A DNA stretch of 64,000 bases from Candidatus Anderseniibacteriota bacterium (lineage in GTDB: Bacteria; Patescibacteriota; JAUYIX01), in the NCBI GenBank assembly GCA_046350855.1, contig JAXLZM010000001.1:89420-153419 (forward strand). The letters run 5' to 3'. The notes beneath the pieces were generated by a model that ran no database searches, was not told where the DNA came from, and saw only the letters and a program-made list of their open reading frames with translations. A program made the position numbers and the translations under genes. Within the stretch, counting starts at the first letter, position 1. The number at the start of each line of letters is the position of its first letter. This document shows positions 19,999 to 29,312 of this stretch, piece by piece.

Positions 19999-20374
19999 TG
20001 ACGACGAGGGTTCTGCTTCCCTTGGCTCACGTGTGTGAGATGCTGACGTCCCAGTGGTTGGGATGCCAGCTACCGCCTCTCTACCCGTGATACGGGCGGG
20101 GTTCAGGTTTTTTTCCCGGGCCGATAGACCTGGTAACGGCGGAGAAGATCTGGTCATCCACTGGGACGACCGCAGATCTTACTTAACGGAAACCGGTACT
20201 ACGCACCGCTACTCCTTTCCTTCTGGGTTAGAGGTTGGTGACCGCACGTTGCAGATGACAAGGTCTATCAGCTACAAACTGCGGTCACGGGCGTGTTGCT
20301 AAAGAGCTCCCATTTTTGGGACAGACAAAGGTAGCATAAAAACGTACTGCTGTCAATACGGGCTCAAACGGCCC

Positions 20375-21769
20375 CTAGACCGCGGATCGGCGCGAAAGCA
20401 CTACCGGTAGGGTGCGTAGCAAAATCTTGAGATCGAGCAAAAGCGACCAGTGCTCGATGTAGTAGGTATCCAGACGAACCTCGTCCTCAAAATCTAGGTC
20501 CGAGCGACCGGAGATGGCCGCAAGCCCCGTGATACCCGGCTTGATGCGCAAGAGGGCACGATGGTGCTTTTTGTACTTGACGATCTCATCGGGGCGATGC
20601 GGACGCGGACCAACTAGGCTCATATCCCCTTTTAGTACGTTGATCAATTGCGGCAGTTCGTCCAAAGAGGTTTTACGAGTAAAACGGCCGACACGTGTAA
20701 TCCGAGGATCTTGTTTAATTTTGAAGAGTGGGCCACTGCGCTCATTGAGTCGCATCATTTTTGCACGCAGCACGTCGGCATTGTCGATCATCGAGCGAAA
20801 CTTGAGCAGATTAAAAACTTGATCACGATCCACGCGCTTATCCTTGTAAAAAACCGGGCCCTTAGAATCAAGCTTAACCGCAAGGGCTAGTAGACCAAAC
20901 AGTGGTGACAACACAATCAGACCCAACGAGGCTCCGGTAACATCGATCACACGCTTGCCAATCCTCCCCCATCCTTCGAGCGGCGTCTTTTTAAGTTCAA
21001 CGATCGGAACACCGGCCACGGTCGTAATACCCATGTGGCTAGCTTGGGTCTCAAACAAGTTTGGGGTGAACTTAAACTTAAGTCGTCGCTCGTCACAAAA
21101 ATCAACGATACGCTCAAGAGCATTTTGGGTCAGGGTTGTGTCGGTATTAATAACCTCTGAGATCGCGTTGTTTTCCATATAGCGCTTGACCTCGCGCAAA
21201 ATACGATCTGTGTCTTGCTGTGCGATAACACCAATCACCGCAACCCCTTGTGCGGGTGCTTCACGCCAGTTTTTACGCAGCAAGCGACTGGTCGTGTTCT
21301 CTCCAATAATGACCACTCGGTGAACACCTTTACCCCGCACCAGCTGAAAACGCTCGACTTGACGCAAGATGTAGCGCGCCAGACCAACAAAGACAATTGC
21401 AAAAATCCAGGCAACCAACACCACAAAACGTGAGGTATCGGCCTCCTGTCTAAAAAAGAGAATAACGATTAAGCCGAGCGTACCGGTCGAGACGGCCAAG
21501 ATGGCCCGGAACAGTTCATCCAAAAAACGACGCTCGCGGTGGCCCACATAGAGGCGGGCCATGGCAAAAATCACCAAAAAGAGCGGCACGAGCCAGAGAG
21601 CCGTCAAGAAAAAAGAGTTAAACGAGACCGCCAGCCCCGCCGGCGACAAACCCAAAAAGTCGGTCTTGTAGCGCAGGTACCAAGTCAGCGCCCCCGCACC
21701 AAAAAGGGCCAGTGCATCCACGGGCAATAACAGGAGGCTATACAACATGTCGCGGCGCTCGTGCTTCAT
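20375..21769 (-). CDS. polyprenyl-phosphate sugar phosphotransferase (WbaP/bacterial sugar transferase family)
   Basis: 464 aa with an N-terminal TM block and a C-terminal sugar-transferase domain (KFRSM...DELPQLINVLKGDMSLVGPRP). Confidence 0.8.
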   Translation of the reverse strand: MKHERRDMLYSLLLLPVDALALFGAGALTWYLRYKTDFLGLSPAGLAVSFNSFFLTALWLVPLFLVIFAMARLYVGHRERRFLDELFRAILAVSTGTLGLIVILFFRQEADTSRFVVLVAWIFAIVFVGLARYILRQVERFQLVRGKGVHRVVIIGENTTSRLLRKNWREAPAQGVAVIGVIAQQDTDRILREVKRYMENNAISEVINTDTTLTQNALERIVDFCDERRLKFKFTPNLFETQASHMGITTVAGVPIVELKKTPLEGWGRIGKRVIDVTGASLGLIVLSPLFGLLALAVKLDSKGPVFYKDKRVDRDQVFNLLKFRSMIDNADVLRAKMMRLNERSGPLFKIKQDPRITRVGRFTRKTSLDELPQLINVLKGDMSLVGPRPHRPDEIVKYKKHHRALLRIKPGITGLAAISGRSDLDFEDEVRLDTYYIEHWSLLLDLKILLRTLPVVLSRRSAV

Positions 21770-21795
21770 TGTGCGGTCTGTAGTTTTTGTTTTTT

Positions 21796-22262
21796 CCGGA
21801 TGAACCGGCGTTACTAAAATGCCAAGAAAAGCCTATAAGCCGAATTCTGTACGTGCGTGACTGGCGCGAACCGGTCACCCACGCGATGATCATCTCTCTG
21901 GGCGTCACCTCGCGGTAACGCTCGATGCGAGCAACCATTGTTTGCTCTTGCACCAGGTAGGGTTTTTCATCGCAACGTGTCGCCACGCTGCGCCGTACGC
22001 TCTTACCGCACGCTTTTCACCGTTTGCCTGTGGTTCATCCAGTTTGACCCGGACAAACCCATCGGCTGATTAGTCTCTGTGACACTCTCCCTGCACCTCC
22101 AAACCGAGAGCGCTCGAGCGAGCCCTCGCAATCTGTCGGCGCGGTTGCCGTTAGCAACTACCTACTTCCTAGAAAAAGATCGAGGGGTGTTCGGACTTTC
22201 CTCATACAGCGTTTTTGGCTGAACCGTGTGGCTCGGCCGCACACTGCACGCGATCATCCGGC
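21796..22262 (-). ncRNA. rnpB: RNase P RNA (bacterial type A)
   Basis: The minus strand carries GAGGAAAGUCCGAAC (CR-I/P4), GGUGAAAAGCGUGCGGUAAGAGCGUAC (P10-12 region, matching GGUGAAAnGGUGCGGUAAGAGCGCACC), and ACAGAAUUCGGCUUAU (3' P4). The core is about 21821-22225; flanking 8-bp complements may extend it to 21796-22262. Confidence 0.8.
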
Positions 22263-22310
22263 TTCCCTTGGCGGCCGATATTGTGCCTAAAATTGACCCC
22301 GCTGTCAAGG

Positions 22311-23216
22311 CTAGGTCTTTTGTTCCCCATCTTTAAGCTCAAAGGCTTCTTCGAGGGGGCTCAGCACTTCTTTCTCAAGTTTTGCGATCACACCTTTTTG
22401 GTAGCGCTCATCTGGTCGTTGGCTATAGTTTGTATCGAGAATAGCGACACGGCCGGTGATCATACCATCGCGGGTTTCGACGATTACGTTATCGTCGCGT
22501 AACCCATGCCAGGTAAAAGCGGGATGGTCCGGGCGTTGCGGATCATTTTTGGTAAAAGCCTCATTTTGATGGAAGCGCCGGAGACCCTCAATTAAGCTCT
22601 GCACATTGGTACGAAGTTTTTTGTACTGAGGATCCTGTTTAAGGTTTGGATTAGTGAGAACCGTTTGGAAGGGTACGCCCCGGATATACTCCTGCAAGAT
22701 CGCACCAAAAAACTTTTCTCGTTTGCCACGTAAGCGCTCGACCTGGGTACCCAACCACGTACCCGCTTTTTGTACCCAATTTGGCTCGCGCTCGAGCCGA
22801 CCACCCTGGATTGAGGCCCGACCCTGTAAAAAAGCACTGGCCATATTGCGACCAAAAGTGGTATACGAGTACACATTTTTAGTATTTTTTCGAACCTGAT
22901 CAAAAGCAGCTGTATCTTTGTCTGCCAAAATAAACGTTGGCGGCGGCAAAAGCTCTGGTGAAAAATAGGGCTTCATGGTCTCGTACTCACCGGCTTGTTT
23001 AGCAAACAGATCACGAGCCTGTGTCTCGGTGTGCAGTCGGTCTAACTTGTAGACCTTGAGCGCATAGGTTCCCTGCTCGGCCTCGTTACCAAAAACCTCA
23101 TAGGTATCGTAAAAAACACCGCGACCTTGGACCTCGGGGCCACCTTTGCGAGGCAGCGTTTCTGGGCTCTTTGGTACGGCGCTCTTTTCTGGATTGTAGG
23201 ACGGCCGCTCGCTCAT
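22311..23216 (-). CDS. putative atypical kinase (protein-kinase-like fold)
   Basis: 301 aa with a beta3-like YALKVYK, a hinge QEYIRGVPF, a catalytic-loop-like HGLRDDNVIV and ILD (DFG-like). The call rests on motif patterns only. Confidence 0.45.
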   Translation of the reverse strand: MSERPSYNPEKSAVPKSPETLPRKGGPEVQGRGVFYDTYEVFGNEAEQGTYALKVYKLDRLHTETQARDLFAKQAGEYETMKPYFSPELLPPPTFILADKDTAAFDQVRKNTKNVYSYTTFGRNMASAFLQGRASIQGGRLEREPNWVQKAGTWLGTQVERLRGKREKFFGAILQEYIRGVPFQTVLTNPNLKQDPQYKKLRTNVQSLIEGLRRFHQNEAFTKNDPQRPDHPAFTWHGLRDDNVIVETRDGMITGRVAILDTNYSQRPDERYQKGVIAKLEKEVLSPLEEAFELKDGEQKT

Positions 23217-23626
23217 CAGCCCATGCGATCAAGAATAATGTTGACCATTTTGTCGGCCAGCTTGTTTTGCTCGCGGCGCACATGACTAAAGGAGATTTGT
23301 TCAAACTGGCAAGCTAGTTTTTTAACCTCCTCAAATAAAGGCAAGAGGCCCTTATTACGGACCCGATACTCACCGGCGAGTTGCTTAACGATCAGCTCGC
23401 TGTCCATGCGCGCTGTCACTTTTTTAGCGCCTAATTTTTTTGCCTCTTTGAGGGCAAAGATTACGGCGTGGTACTCGGCGTAGTTGTTAGTTTGTTCGCC
23501 CAAAAACTTACCGTGTTTACCGATGAGGGTACCATCCGGTTTGTAAATGGCCACGCCCAATGCGGCCGGACCTGGATTACCGCGTGCACCGCCGTCCGTA
23601 TACGTAATGACATGCTCGTACTTCAT
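23216..23626 (-). CDS. rnhA: ribonuclease HI
   Basis: 136 aa with RNase H type 1 motifs YTDGGARGNPGPAA, NNYAEY and MDSELIV. Confidence 0.85.
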   Translation of the reverse strand: MKYEHVITYTDGGARGNPGPAALGVAIYKPDGTLIGKHGKFLGEQTNNYAEYHAVIFALKEAKKLGAKKVTARMDSELIVKQLAGEYRVRNKGLLPLFEEVKKLACQFEQISFSHVRREQNKLADKMVNIILDRMG

Positions 23627-25371
23627 TGGGCCATGGTATCAAGAATTTGCAGCTCTGCACTACGACTGCCGCCCCAATCGTTTTGGCGCACTTGCGCAAA
23701 GACATCTAGCTGCGCTCCCCGACCAACGCCAGCAAAACGATCAGCCTGGCCAAAGGCGACCGCCCGCCGCGTGACTCGTCCTTGGCGCAAAACCAAACTG
23801 ACGTGGCGTTGGTCGGCGCCAACTAAACGGAGTGAATCGACTACGCAGTCGCGCAGTCGGAGCACCGGCCGCGGATTACCCATGCCGTAGGGTTCGAGCT
23901 GGGTTTGGAGGTCTAAAAAATCGAGGGCAACTCGGTCGAGAGTCAACTCACCATCGTACTCGCGTACACGTGGCGGAACCGTCTGGCCACGCTGCCGCCT
24001 GGTAAAACTGAGTAACCCAGATTTAAAGGCGGGTAGATTCTCCCGACTAATGGTGCAACCAGCGGCGGCAGCGTGGCCCCCCGCTTTAACAAAGAGTGGC
24101 CGCATGGACTCGATTGCGGCAGCCAGATCAACACCTGGAACACTCCGTCCTGAACCCACACACTCGGCTCCCTCTTGCAACACAAAGACCGGACGATTAA
24201 AGCGCTCGGCTAATTTGCTGGCAGCCAGTCCCACTACTCCTTTAGGCCACTCGGCATTGGTTAGGACCAAGGCGGGCTCGTGTAGGTACGCTTGGGCTGC
24301 CAGGAGTGCCTCCTGTACCACTTTTTTAGTGAACTGCTGGCGCTCACGATTGAGTCGGTCGAGCAGCCCCGCGAGTTCAACCGCCTGGAGCGGCGACTGG
24401 GTCGCGAGTAGCTCGAGAGCCGACTGAGCATGCTCCAGTCGACCAGCCGCATTGAGCCTTGGCCCAAGTCTAAAGCCAATCGTCTCGGCCGAAAGTTTTT
24501 CGCGACCGAGGCTGCTGTCGATTAACTGACGTAGGCCCAAACGTCGCGTACGCTGCATGGTCTTGAGACCAAAATGCACAAGCAAGCGGTTATCCCGTGT
24601 GAGCGGTACCATGTCACAGACCGTAGCTAGGGCCGCCAGGTCCAAAAACCATTTTTCTTGGCCGTCCGTAACGCCGGATTTACTAAAAAGTGCTTCGACC
24701 ACTCTAAAGACAAGTCCGCCCGCGCAGAGAGTGCGATCGCTCGTACCCTCTCCAGCTTGTTTAGGGTTAACGATGGCATACGCCGCTGGCAACTCCGGCC
24801 CGGGTTGGTGGTGATCAATAATCAAAACATCGATCCCACTCTTTTGCAGCTGCGCTACGGCGGCATGACTTTGGATCCCATTATCGACCGTCACAACTAC
24901 CTGTGGACCGTGCCTCTGTAACAACGGCAGTGAGCCCAACTGTAGACCGTACCCGTCTCGCTCGCGATGTGGCAAAACCGCCCTGACGTCAGCCTTGAGC
25001 AGGCGCAAGGCATCCACTAGCGCGGCAGATCCAGAAACACCATCCACATCGTAATCACCAAAGACCACGATTTTTTCTTTGTGCTGGAGAGCGCGTAGCA
25101 AACGCCCAACGAGCTTTTCCAAGCCGAGCAGCGTATCTGGAGCACCTCCAAACAAACGGAGCGCGTTATAGGTGGGTTTTAAAAACCGATCCGCAGCCGC
25201 AGGATCTGTAATGCCACGCTGACTTAAGAGTGTTGCCAAAAACGGATCACCGACCGCCGCTACGAGCGCTGGCGATGGTTGAACCTCCTTATGTTTCCAG
25301 AGCGTACCCGCCTTATTGCTCGATGTTACCGGCGCCGTTTGGGTTGGTGCCCCGGAGGACTTCATCACCAT
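23623..25371 (-). CDS. recJ: single-stranded-DNA-specific exonuclease RecJ
   Basis: 582 aa with DHH motifs (GDYDVDGV, DHH at IIDHHQP), a DHHA1 domain and a C-terminal OB domain. Confidence 0.85.
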   Translation of the reverse strand: MVMKSSGAPTQTAPVTSSNKAGTLWKHKEVQPSPALVAAVGDPFLATLLSQRGITDPAAADRFLKPTYNALRLFGGAPDTLLGLEKLVGRLLRALQHKEKIVVFGDYDVDGVSGSAALVDALRLLKADVRAVLPHRERDGYGLQLGSLPLLQRHGPQVVVTVDNGIQSHAAVAQLQKSGIDVLIIDHHQPGPELPAAYAIVNPKQAGEGTSDRTLCAGGLVFRVVEALFSKSGVTDGQEKWFLDLAALATVCDMVPLTRDNRLLVHFGLKTMQRTRRLGLRQLIDSSLGREKLSAETIGFRLGPRLNAAGRLEHAQSALELLATQSPLQAVELAGLLDRLNRERQQFTKKVVQEALLAAQAYLHEPALVLTNAEWPKGVVGLAASKLAERFNRPVFVLQEGAECVGSGRSVPGVDLAAAIESMRPLFVKAGGHAAAAGCTISRENLPAFKSGLLSFTRRQRGQTVPPRVREYDGELTLDRVALDFLDLQTQLEPYGMGNPRPVLRLRDCVVDSLRLVGADQRHVSLVLRQGRVTRRAVAFGQADRFAGVGRGAQLDVFAQVRQNDWGGSRSAELQILDTMAQ

Positions 25372-26311
25372 CTTTTACTCCATCGCCATCCGTGTCTGAG
25401 TTAAGGGCGTCGGTTCCAAAAATTTGCTCTTGTGAGTTGGTCAAGCGGTCATTGTCGGGATCGCTGGAGGAGGTCCCGGCTGCGGCCGAGAGTGAGGCAC
25501 TGCTCGAGGTTTTACTCGAGCCGGTAGAACTGGTTGAGTTACCGGTAGTATTGCCGGTCGGGACGGTTCCGCCTGAGGAGTTATTGAGCGAACTCTGGTA
25601 GGCCTTTACACAGGTACCGGTCGGACTGAGCATTTTTTTCTCGGCACTCAAGGGATCGTACCCGTTGGCGACTTCGGTACCATCATCGAAGGTATCATTG
25701 TCTGTGTCGGGATCCGCCTCATCCGTGCCACACGCCAGCTCCACGCTCGCGGTTAAACCATCCTGATCCAGGTCACTCGTGTCAGGAGTAGTCGTGTTGT
25801 TAACGGTATTGTTGCTCGTGTTATTGAGCGTGTTGTTAGTCGTGTTGGGCAGCGTGTTAACCGTGTTGTTGACTACGTTGTTGGCGTTGGTTGTATTGGG
25901 GACGTTGGGCTGAGGGGCTGGTCGCAAAAAGAAGAAGTACACGGCACCACCGATGGCCGCGAGAGCCAAGAGGATCACAATGATAATCAAAACCGTTTTA
26001 CCACCACTCTTTTTTTCGGAGATTTGGCTACCCATCGAGCCTGGCATACCCATGGGGGCGGCCGGTCGGGGTGGCATCGGACGAGCCATTCCCATCCCAC
26101 CCGGCATTGGCGCAGGCGGAACCGGTGGGGTTGGTCGAGCTGGAAACGGAGATGGCGAAGGAGTCGGCGGAGGACCAAACGAACCCGCACGCATAGACTT
26201 ACCCGGCGCTATGGCCTGGCGAGAAATCGGCGTGGGCGGTGGCGGAGGTAAGGGCGGACGTGGTCGATTGGGTTGAGACGGGTTTGAACCGCCGGGAAAT
26301 GTGTCTGGCAT
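25313..26311 (-). CDS. membrane-anchored proline-rich / Asn-Thr-repeat protein with TSP3-like Ca-binding repeats
   Basis: 332 aa with a Pro-rich N-terminus, one TM helix, an NTTNNT low-complexity run, and DxDxDG-type repeats (DPDTDNDTFDDG, DSDTDGDGVKDGDE). Confidence 0.6.
   Translation of the reverse strand: MPDTFPGGSNPSQPNRPRPPLPPPPPTPISRQAIAPGKSMRAGSFGPPPTPSPSPFPARPTPPVPPAPMPGGMGMARPMPPRPAAPMGMPGSMGSQISEKKSGGKTVLIIIVILLALAAIGGAVYFFFLRPAPQPNVPNTTNANNVVNNTVNTLPNTTNNTLNNTSNNTVNNTTTPDTSDLDQDGLTASVELACGTDEADPDTDNDTFDDGTEVANGYDPLSAEKKMLSPTGTCVKAYQSSLNNSSGGTVPTGNTTGNSTSSTGSSKTSSSASLSAAAGTSSSDPDNDRLTNSQEQIFGTDALNSDTDGDGVKDGDEVLRGTNPNGAGNIEQ
25780..25925. repeat. degenerate short tandem repeat (GTGTTGTT-like) inside a CDS
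   Basis: It encodes the N/T-rich low-complexity segment of the 25313-26311 protein. It is not a CRISPR array. Confidence 0.5.
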
Positions 26312-26359
26312 GGCTTATAGCATACGAGGCGCGACCACCCCGCCGCAAGTGGATAACAT

Positions 26360-27370
26360 TTAGGCCGTTTGTGCAAGTGTACCCAGTACGTCGACCATAC
26401 GCTGTGCAAACGCCCATTCGTTGTCGTACCAAATCCCGATTTGTGCCAGTGAATCCCCGGCTACTTTGGTCATGCTGGCATCGATTGTGGCAGATTCGGT
26501 GGTTTGACGCAGATCCTGTGAGACCAGTGCCTCGTTAGAAAACCGCACCGTCCCCCGCCAGGGCAGCTGCTTGCTCAGGGCGCGCAGATGCTGGTTGAGT
26601 TCTGCCGGAGTAACGTGCTCCTTAAGTTGCACCGTGAGGACCGCGAGGTGCACGATCGAGGTCGGCACACGGACACCCTGTCCGGCGTAGCGAGCCAAGG
26701 GACCGGTAAAGAGATGTGGTACGGCCCGGTCGGTGTCGAGCGTAATTGGAATAATATTATCCAGGGCTTGGCGGCGCCGGCGGGCTTGACCACGTGTTTT
26801 GTCGACCACGACCTGTGAGTGTGTGACGGATTGAACCGCAAAGAGCGTCCAGGCCCGGATAGAAAATTGCTCGCGCAGCATACAGAGGACCGGGGCTACG
26901 GCACTGGTGGTGCAGGAGCCGTGTGAGATTAATTGTTCGGTCCGATTTTGCGCGTCGGTACCACAGACGAGATACCCAACTTGTCCAACCGCCGCTTTGG
27001 GCGCCGTACTGACCAGCACCCGCTGCGCTCCGGCTTGGAGATGTAAACGGGCCCCCTCATCACTTGCAAAGGCACCGGTGGCCTCGACCACGGCATCAAT
27101 TTTGAGGCGCTTCCAGGGGAGCTTGCGAGGGTCGTCCTGCATAAAAGTTTGCACGCGCGAGCCAGCCACGATCAGGTCACGTCCACTTAGCCGGATCGGC
27201 AGGGCAAAGCGCCCATAGACCGAGTCGCGCTGCAAATAGTCTTGGAGATCGGCAGCCTCAGCGTGGTCGTTAATCGCGACCAGACGAACCTGCTCGTGCT
27301 CGCCAAGCAGCAAGAGTTTTGCGACCGCGCCCCCAATGCGGCCACAGCCATTAATTGCAACGCGTAACAT
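26360..27370 (-). CDS. glyceraldehyde-3-phosphate dehydrogenase family protein (divergent)
   Basis: INGCGRIGG matches the NAD-binding INGFGRIGR, and the catalytic Cys is in GSCTTSAVAP. It diverges from the canonical SCTTNC. Confidence 0.65.
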   Translation of the reverse strand: MLRVAINGCGRIGGAVAKLLLLGEHEQVRLVAINDHAEAADLQDYLQRDSVYGRFALPIRLSGRDLIVAGSRVQTFMQDDPRKLPWKRLKIDAVVEATGAFASDEGARLHLQAGAQRVLVSTAPKAAVGQVGYLVCGTDAQNRTEQLISHGSCTTSAVAPVLCMLREQFSIRAWTLFAVQSVTHSQVVVDKTRGQARRRRQALDNIIPITLDTDRAVPHLFTGPLARYAGQGVRVPTSIVHLAVLTVQLKEHVTPAELNQHLRALSKQLPWRGTVRFSNEALVSQDLRQTTESATIDASMTKVAGDSLAQIGIWYDNEWAFAQRMVDVLGTLAQTA

Positions 27371-27407
27371 GCTGCATCTCCTTACGGCTACAGCATAGCA
27401 CGCGAGC

Positions 27408-27824
27408 CTACTCGGCGGCCTGTTGCTTACGGGGCAGGTGCCGCTCTAGGTACGTTTGCAAAATCAAGGCAGCCGCCGCAGCGTCGACGCGTTTTTTGCT
27501 GGTGCGTTCACTGGCCTCGCGAGTGGAGAGACGTTCGTCCACGAGATCCACGGGTAATTTGAGAGAGGTTTTGAGTTGTTCGGCCAGTTGCTCCGCCACC
27601 GGTGTCATTGGCAGAACCGTTCCGCGTAAAGACAGGGGGCGTCCGACGATCAATCGAGCCACCGCCCGCTCCTCGACGAGGCGCGCAATACGAGGTACGA
27701 GCTGGGCCTCGGCTGCCACGACCTCAAGCGGAAAAGCCAAGGTCGCCTCGGGGTTACTGATGGCAAGGCCAACGTAGCGCGTGCCCGGATCAATCGCTAA
27801 CACAACACCGAGAGGTCGGGCCAT
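27408..27824 (-). CDS. ruvX: Holliday-junction-resolvase-like RNase YqgF/RuvX
   Basis: 138 aa beginning LAIDPGTRYVGLAIS, with DERLST, matching the YqgF family. Confidence 0.8.
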   Translation of the reverse strand: MARPLGVVLAIDPGTRYVGLAISNPEATLAFPLEVVAAEAQLVPRIARLVEERAVARLIVGRPLSLRGTVLPMTPVAEQLAEQLKTSLKLPVDLVDERLSTREASERTSKKRVDAAAAALILQTYLERHLPRKQQAAE

Positions 27825-27826
27825 GG

Positions 27827-28573
27827 TTAGAGTGAGGTCAGCACTTCGTGGCCGCGTTCGGTCACCAGGATCGTATCTTCAAAATGTGCGGCCAGGGAGC
27901 CGTCCTTGGTCACAAAAGTCCAGCCGTCGTCTTTGAGTGCAACGGGATGCTTACCAAGAGTGACCATGGGCTCGAGTGCAATCACCATGCCGGGTACCAA
28001 TTGCACACCGTCACCGGCCGAACCGTAATTGGGGATCGCGGGCGGTTCATGTACGGCTGTGCCGACGCCGTGACCGACCAGATCGCGCACGACGCCCATA
28101 CCAGCCTCCTCAACATAGGTTTGCACGGCGTGCCCGATGTCGCCGATGGTTCGACCTGGTTTAACTTGCTCGATGGCTTTTTTAAGGGAAGTTTTAGTGA
28201 CGCGGATCAAGCGCTGGGCGTCGGCACTGACCGTACCGATCGCGACCGTGCGTGCTACGTCCGAGAAGTATCCACGATAACGCACGCCAAAATCGATTCC
28301 GACTACGTCACCCTTTTTGAGAGTTCGTTTACCGGGTAGCCCATGCACGACCTCGTCGTTGACCGAGATACAGGTGGCATGAGGGTAGTTAAGGTAGCCT
28401 TTAAAACTCGGTACGACCTTGTGCCGTTTAGTCAACCGTTCGGCCAAGTGATCGATCTCGAGAGTCGTGACACCTGGTTTTGCACAGTCGATTAACTCCT
28501 GCAGAATTTCTGCAGCAATTTGGCAGGAGACCCTAATATGCGCAATTTGGCTGGCGGTCTTGATGTAGCTCAT
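27827..28573 (-). CDS. map: methionine aminopeptidase type I
   Basis: 248 aa with the pita-bread fold and metal ligands (D..D..H..E..E pattern). Confidence 0.9.
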   Translation of the reverse strand: MSYIKTASQIAHIRVSCQIAAEILQELIDCAKPGVTTLEIDHLAERLTKRHKVVPSFKGYLNYPHATCISVNDEVVHGLPGKRTLKKGDVVGIDFGVRYRGYFSDVARTVAIGTVSADAQRLIRVTKTSLKKAIEQVKPGRTIGDIGHAVQTYVEEAGMGVVRDLVGHGVGTAVHEPPAIPNYGSAGDGVQLVPGMVIALEPMVTLGKHPVALKDDGWTFVTKDGSLAAHFEDTILVTERGHEVLTSL

Positions 28574-29271
28574 TGTGGTGAATGCCCGAGAGCCGCTAAG
28601 GCTCCCATAATTTGCTGTGAAACGCTAGCGCGCGGTCCCATCCCATCGACCCGATGCAGTCGCCCCTCTTTGGCATAGGCATCGATCACCGGCTGCACTT
28701 CTTTTTTGTAGACCGCCAAACGCTTTTTAATAATCTCGGGCTGGTCGTCAAAACGACGCACCAACTTTCCACCACACTTGAGACAAGCCGCCGCGTGCAG
28801 ATCTTTGCCGAGTGGTTTATGTTTGCAGCCGACGCAAATTTTACGTTCACTCAAACGACGCAGTGATTCTTTTTCTGGGATATCGATTACGATGTTGATT
28901 GGGCGCCGTCCGGCCTTGAGTAGCAAGGCGTCCAGCAACTTTTTTTGCGACAGGTTGCGGGGTGAACCGTCGATAACCAAGCCTCGGTTATGTGGTAATT
29001 CTTTTAAAAAGTTTTTAAAGAGTTGCCCTACCACGGTGTCGGAGACAAGGCCGCCGGCTCGCACCGTTTTCTCGACTTTTTTACCCAGAGTGGTCTTACG
29101 ACGAATCTGCTCTTTGAGGATATCGCCCGCCACAAAGTGATGCAGACCAAATTGGTTGACCAGCATTTGGGCTTGGGTGCCCTTACCAGCCCCAAACGGG
29201 CCTAATAAATTTACGTTGAGGACGTCGCTCGGCACGAGCGGTTTGTTTGTTTGCTGCTTACGCGATGCCAT
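28570..29271 (-). CDS. adk: adenylate kinase (Zn-lid type)
   Basis: P-loop GPFGAGKGTQA and a CVGC...CLKCG zinc lid. The N-terminal 20 aa may be over-called. Confidence 0.85.
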   Translation of the reverse strand: MASRKQQTNKPLVPSDVLNVNLLGPFGAGKGTQAQMLVNQFGLHHFVAGDILKEQIRRKTTLGKKVEKTVRAGGLVSDTVVGQLFKNFLKELPHNRGLVIDGSPRNLSQKKLLDALLLKAGRRPINIVIDIPEKESLRRLSERKICVGCKHKPLGKDLHAAACLKCGGKLVRRFDDQPEIIKKRLAVYKKEVQPVIDAYAKEGRLHRVDGMGPRASVSQQIMGALAALGHSPQ

Positions 29272-29312
29272 GGTGCTAGTGTAGCTGGCCGACGCGCTAA
29301 TCGCTAGAAACG

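Noticed and set aside
21738-22502. ORFs 21738-21986 (-) and 22215-22502 (+)
   Set aside because: They fall inside or overlap the RNase P RNA gene. The region is explained by rnpB.
25780-25925. Short tandem GTGTTGTT-like repeats considered as a possible CRISPR or minisatellite
   Set aside because: The units are 8-9 nt with no spacers. They encode the Asn/Thr stalk of the surface protein and are not a CRISPR array.
25953-26276. Arg/Gly/Trp-rich ORFs (25953-26276, 26024-26251, 25987-26190) in the Pro-rich gene region
   Set aside because: They are alternative-frame and antisense readings of the Pro/Gly-rich coding repeat. The minus-strand 332-aa gene, with a TM helix and Ca-binding repeats, is the coherent reading.
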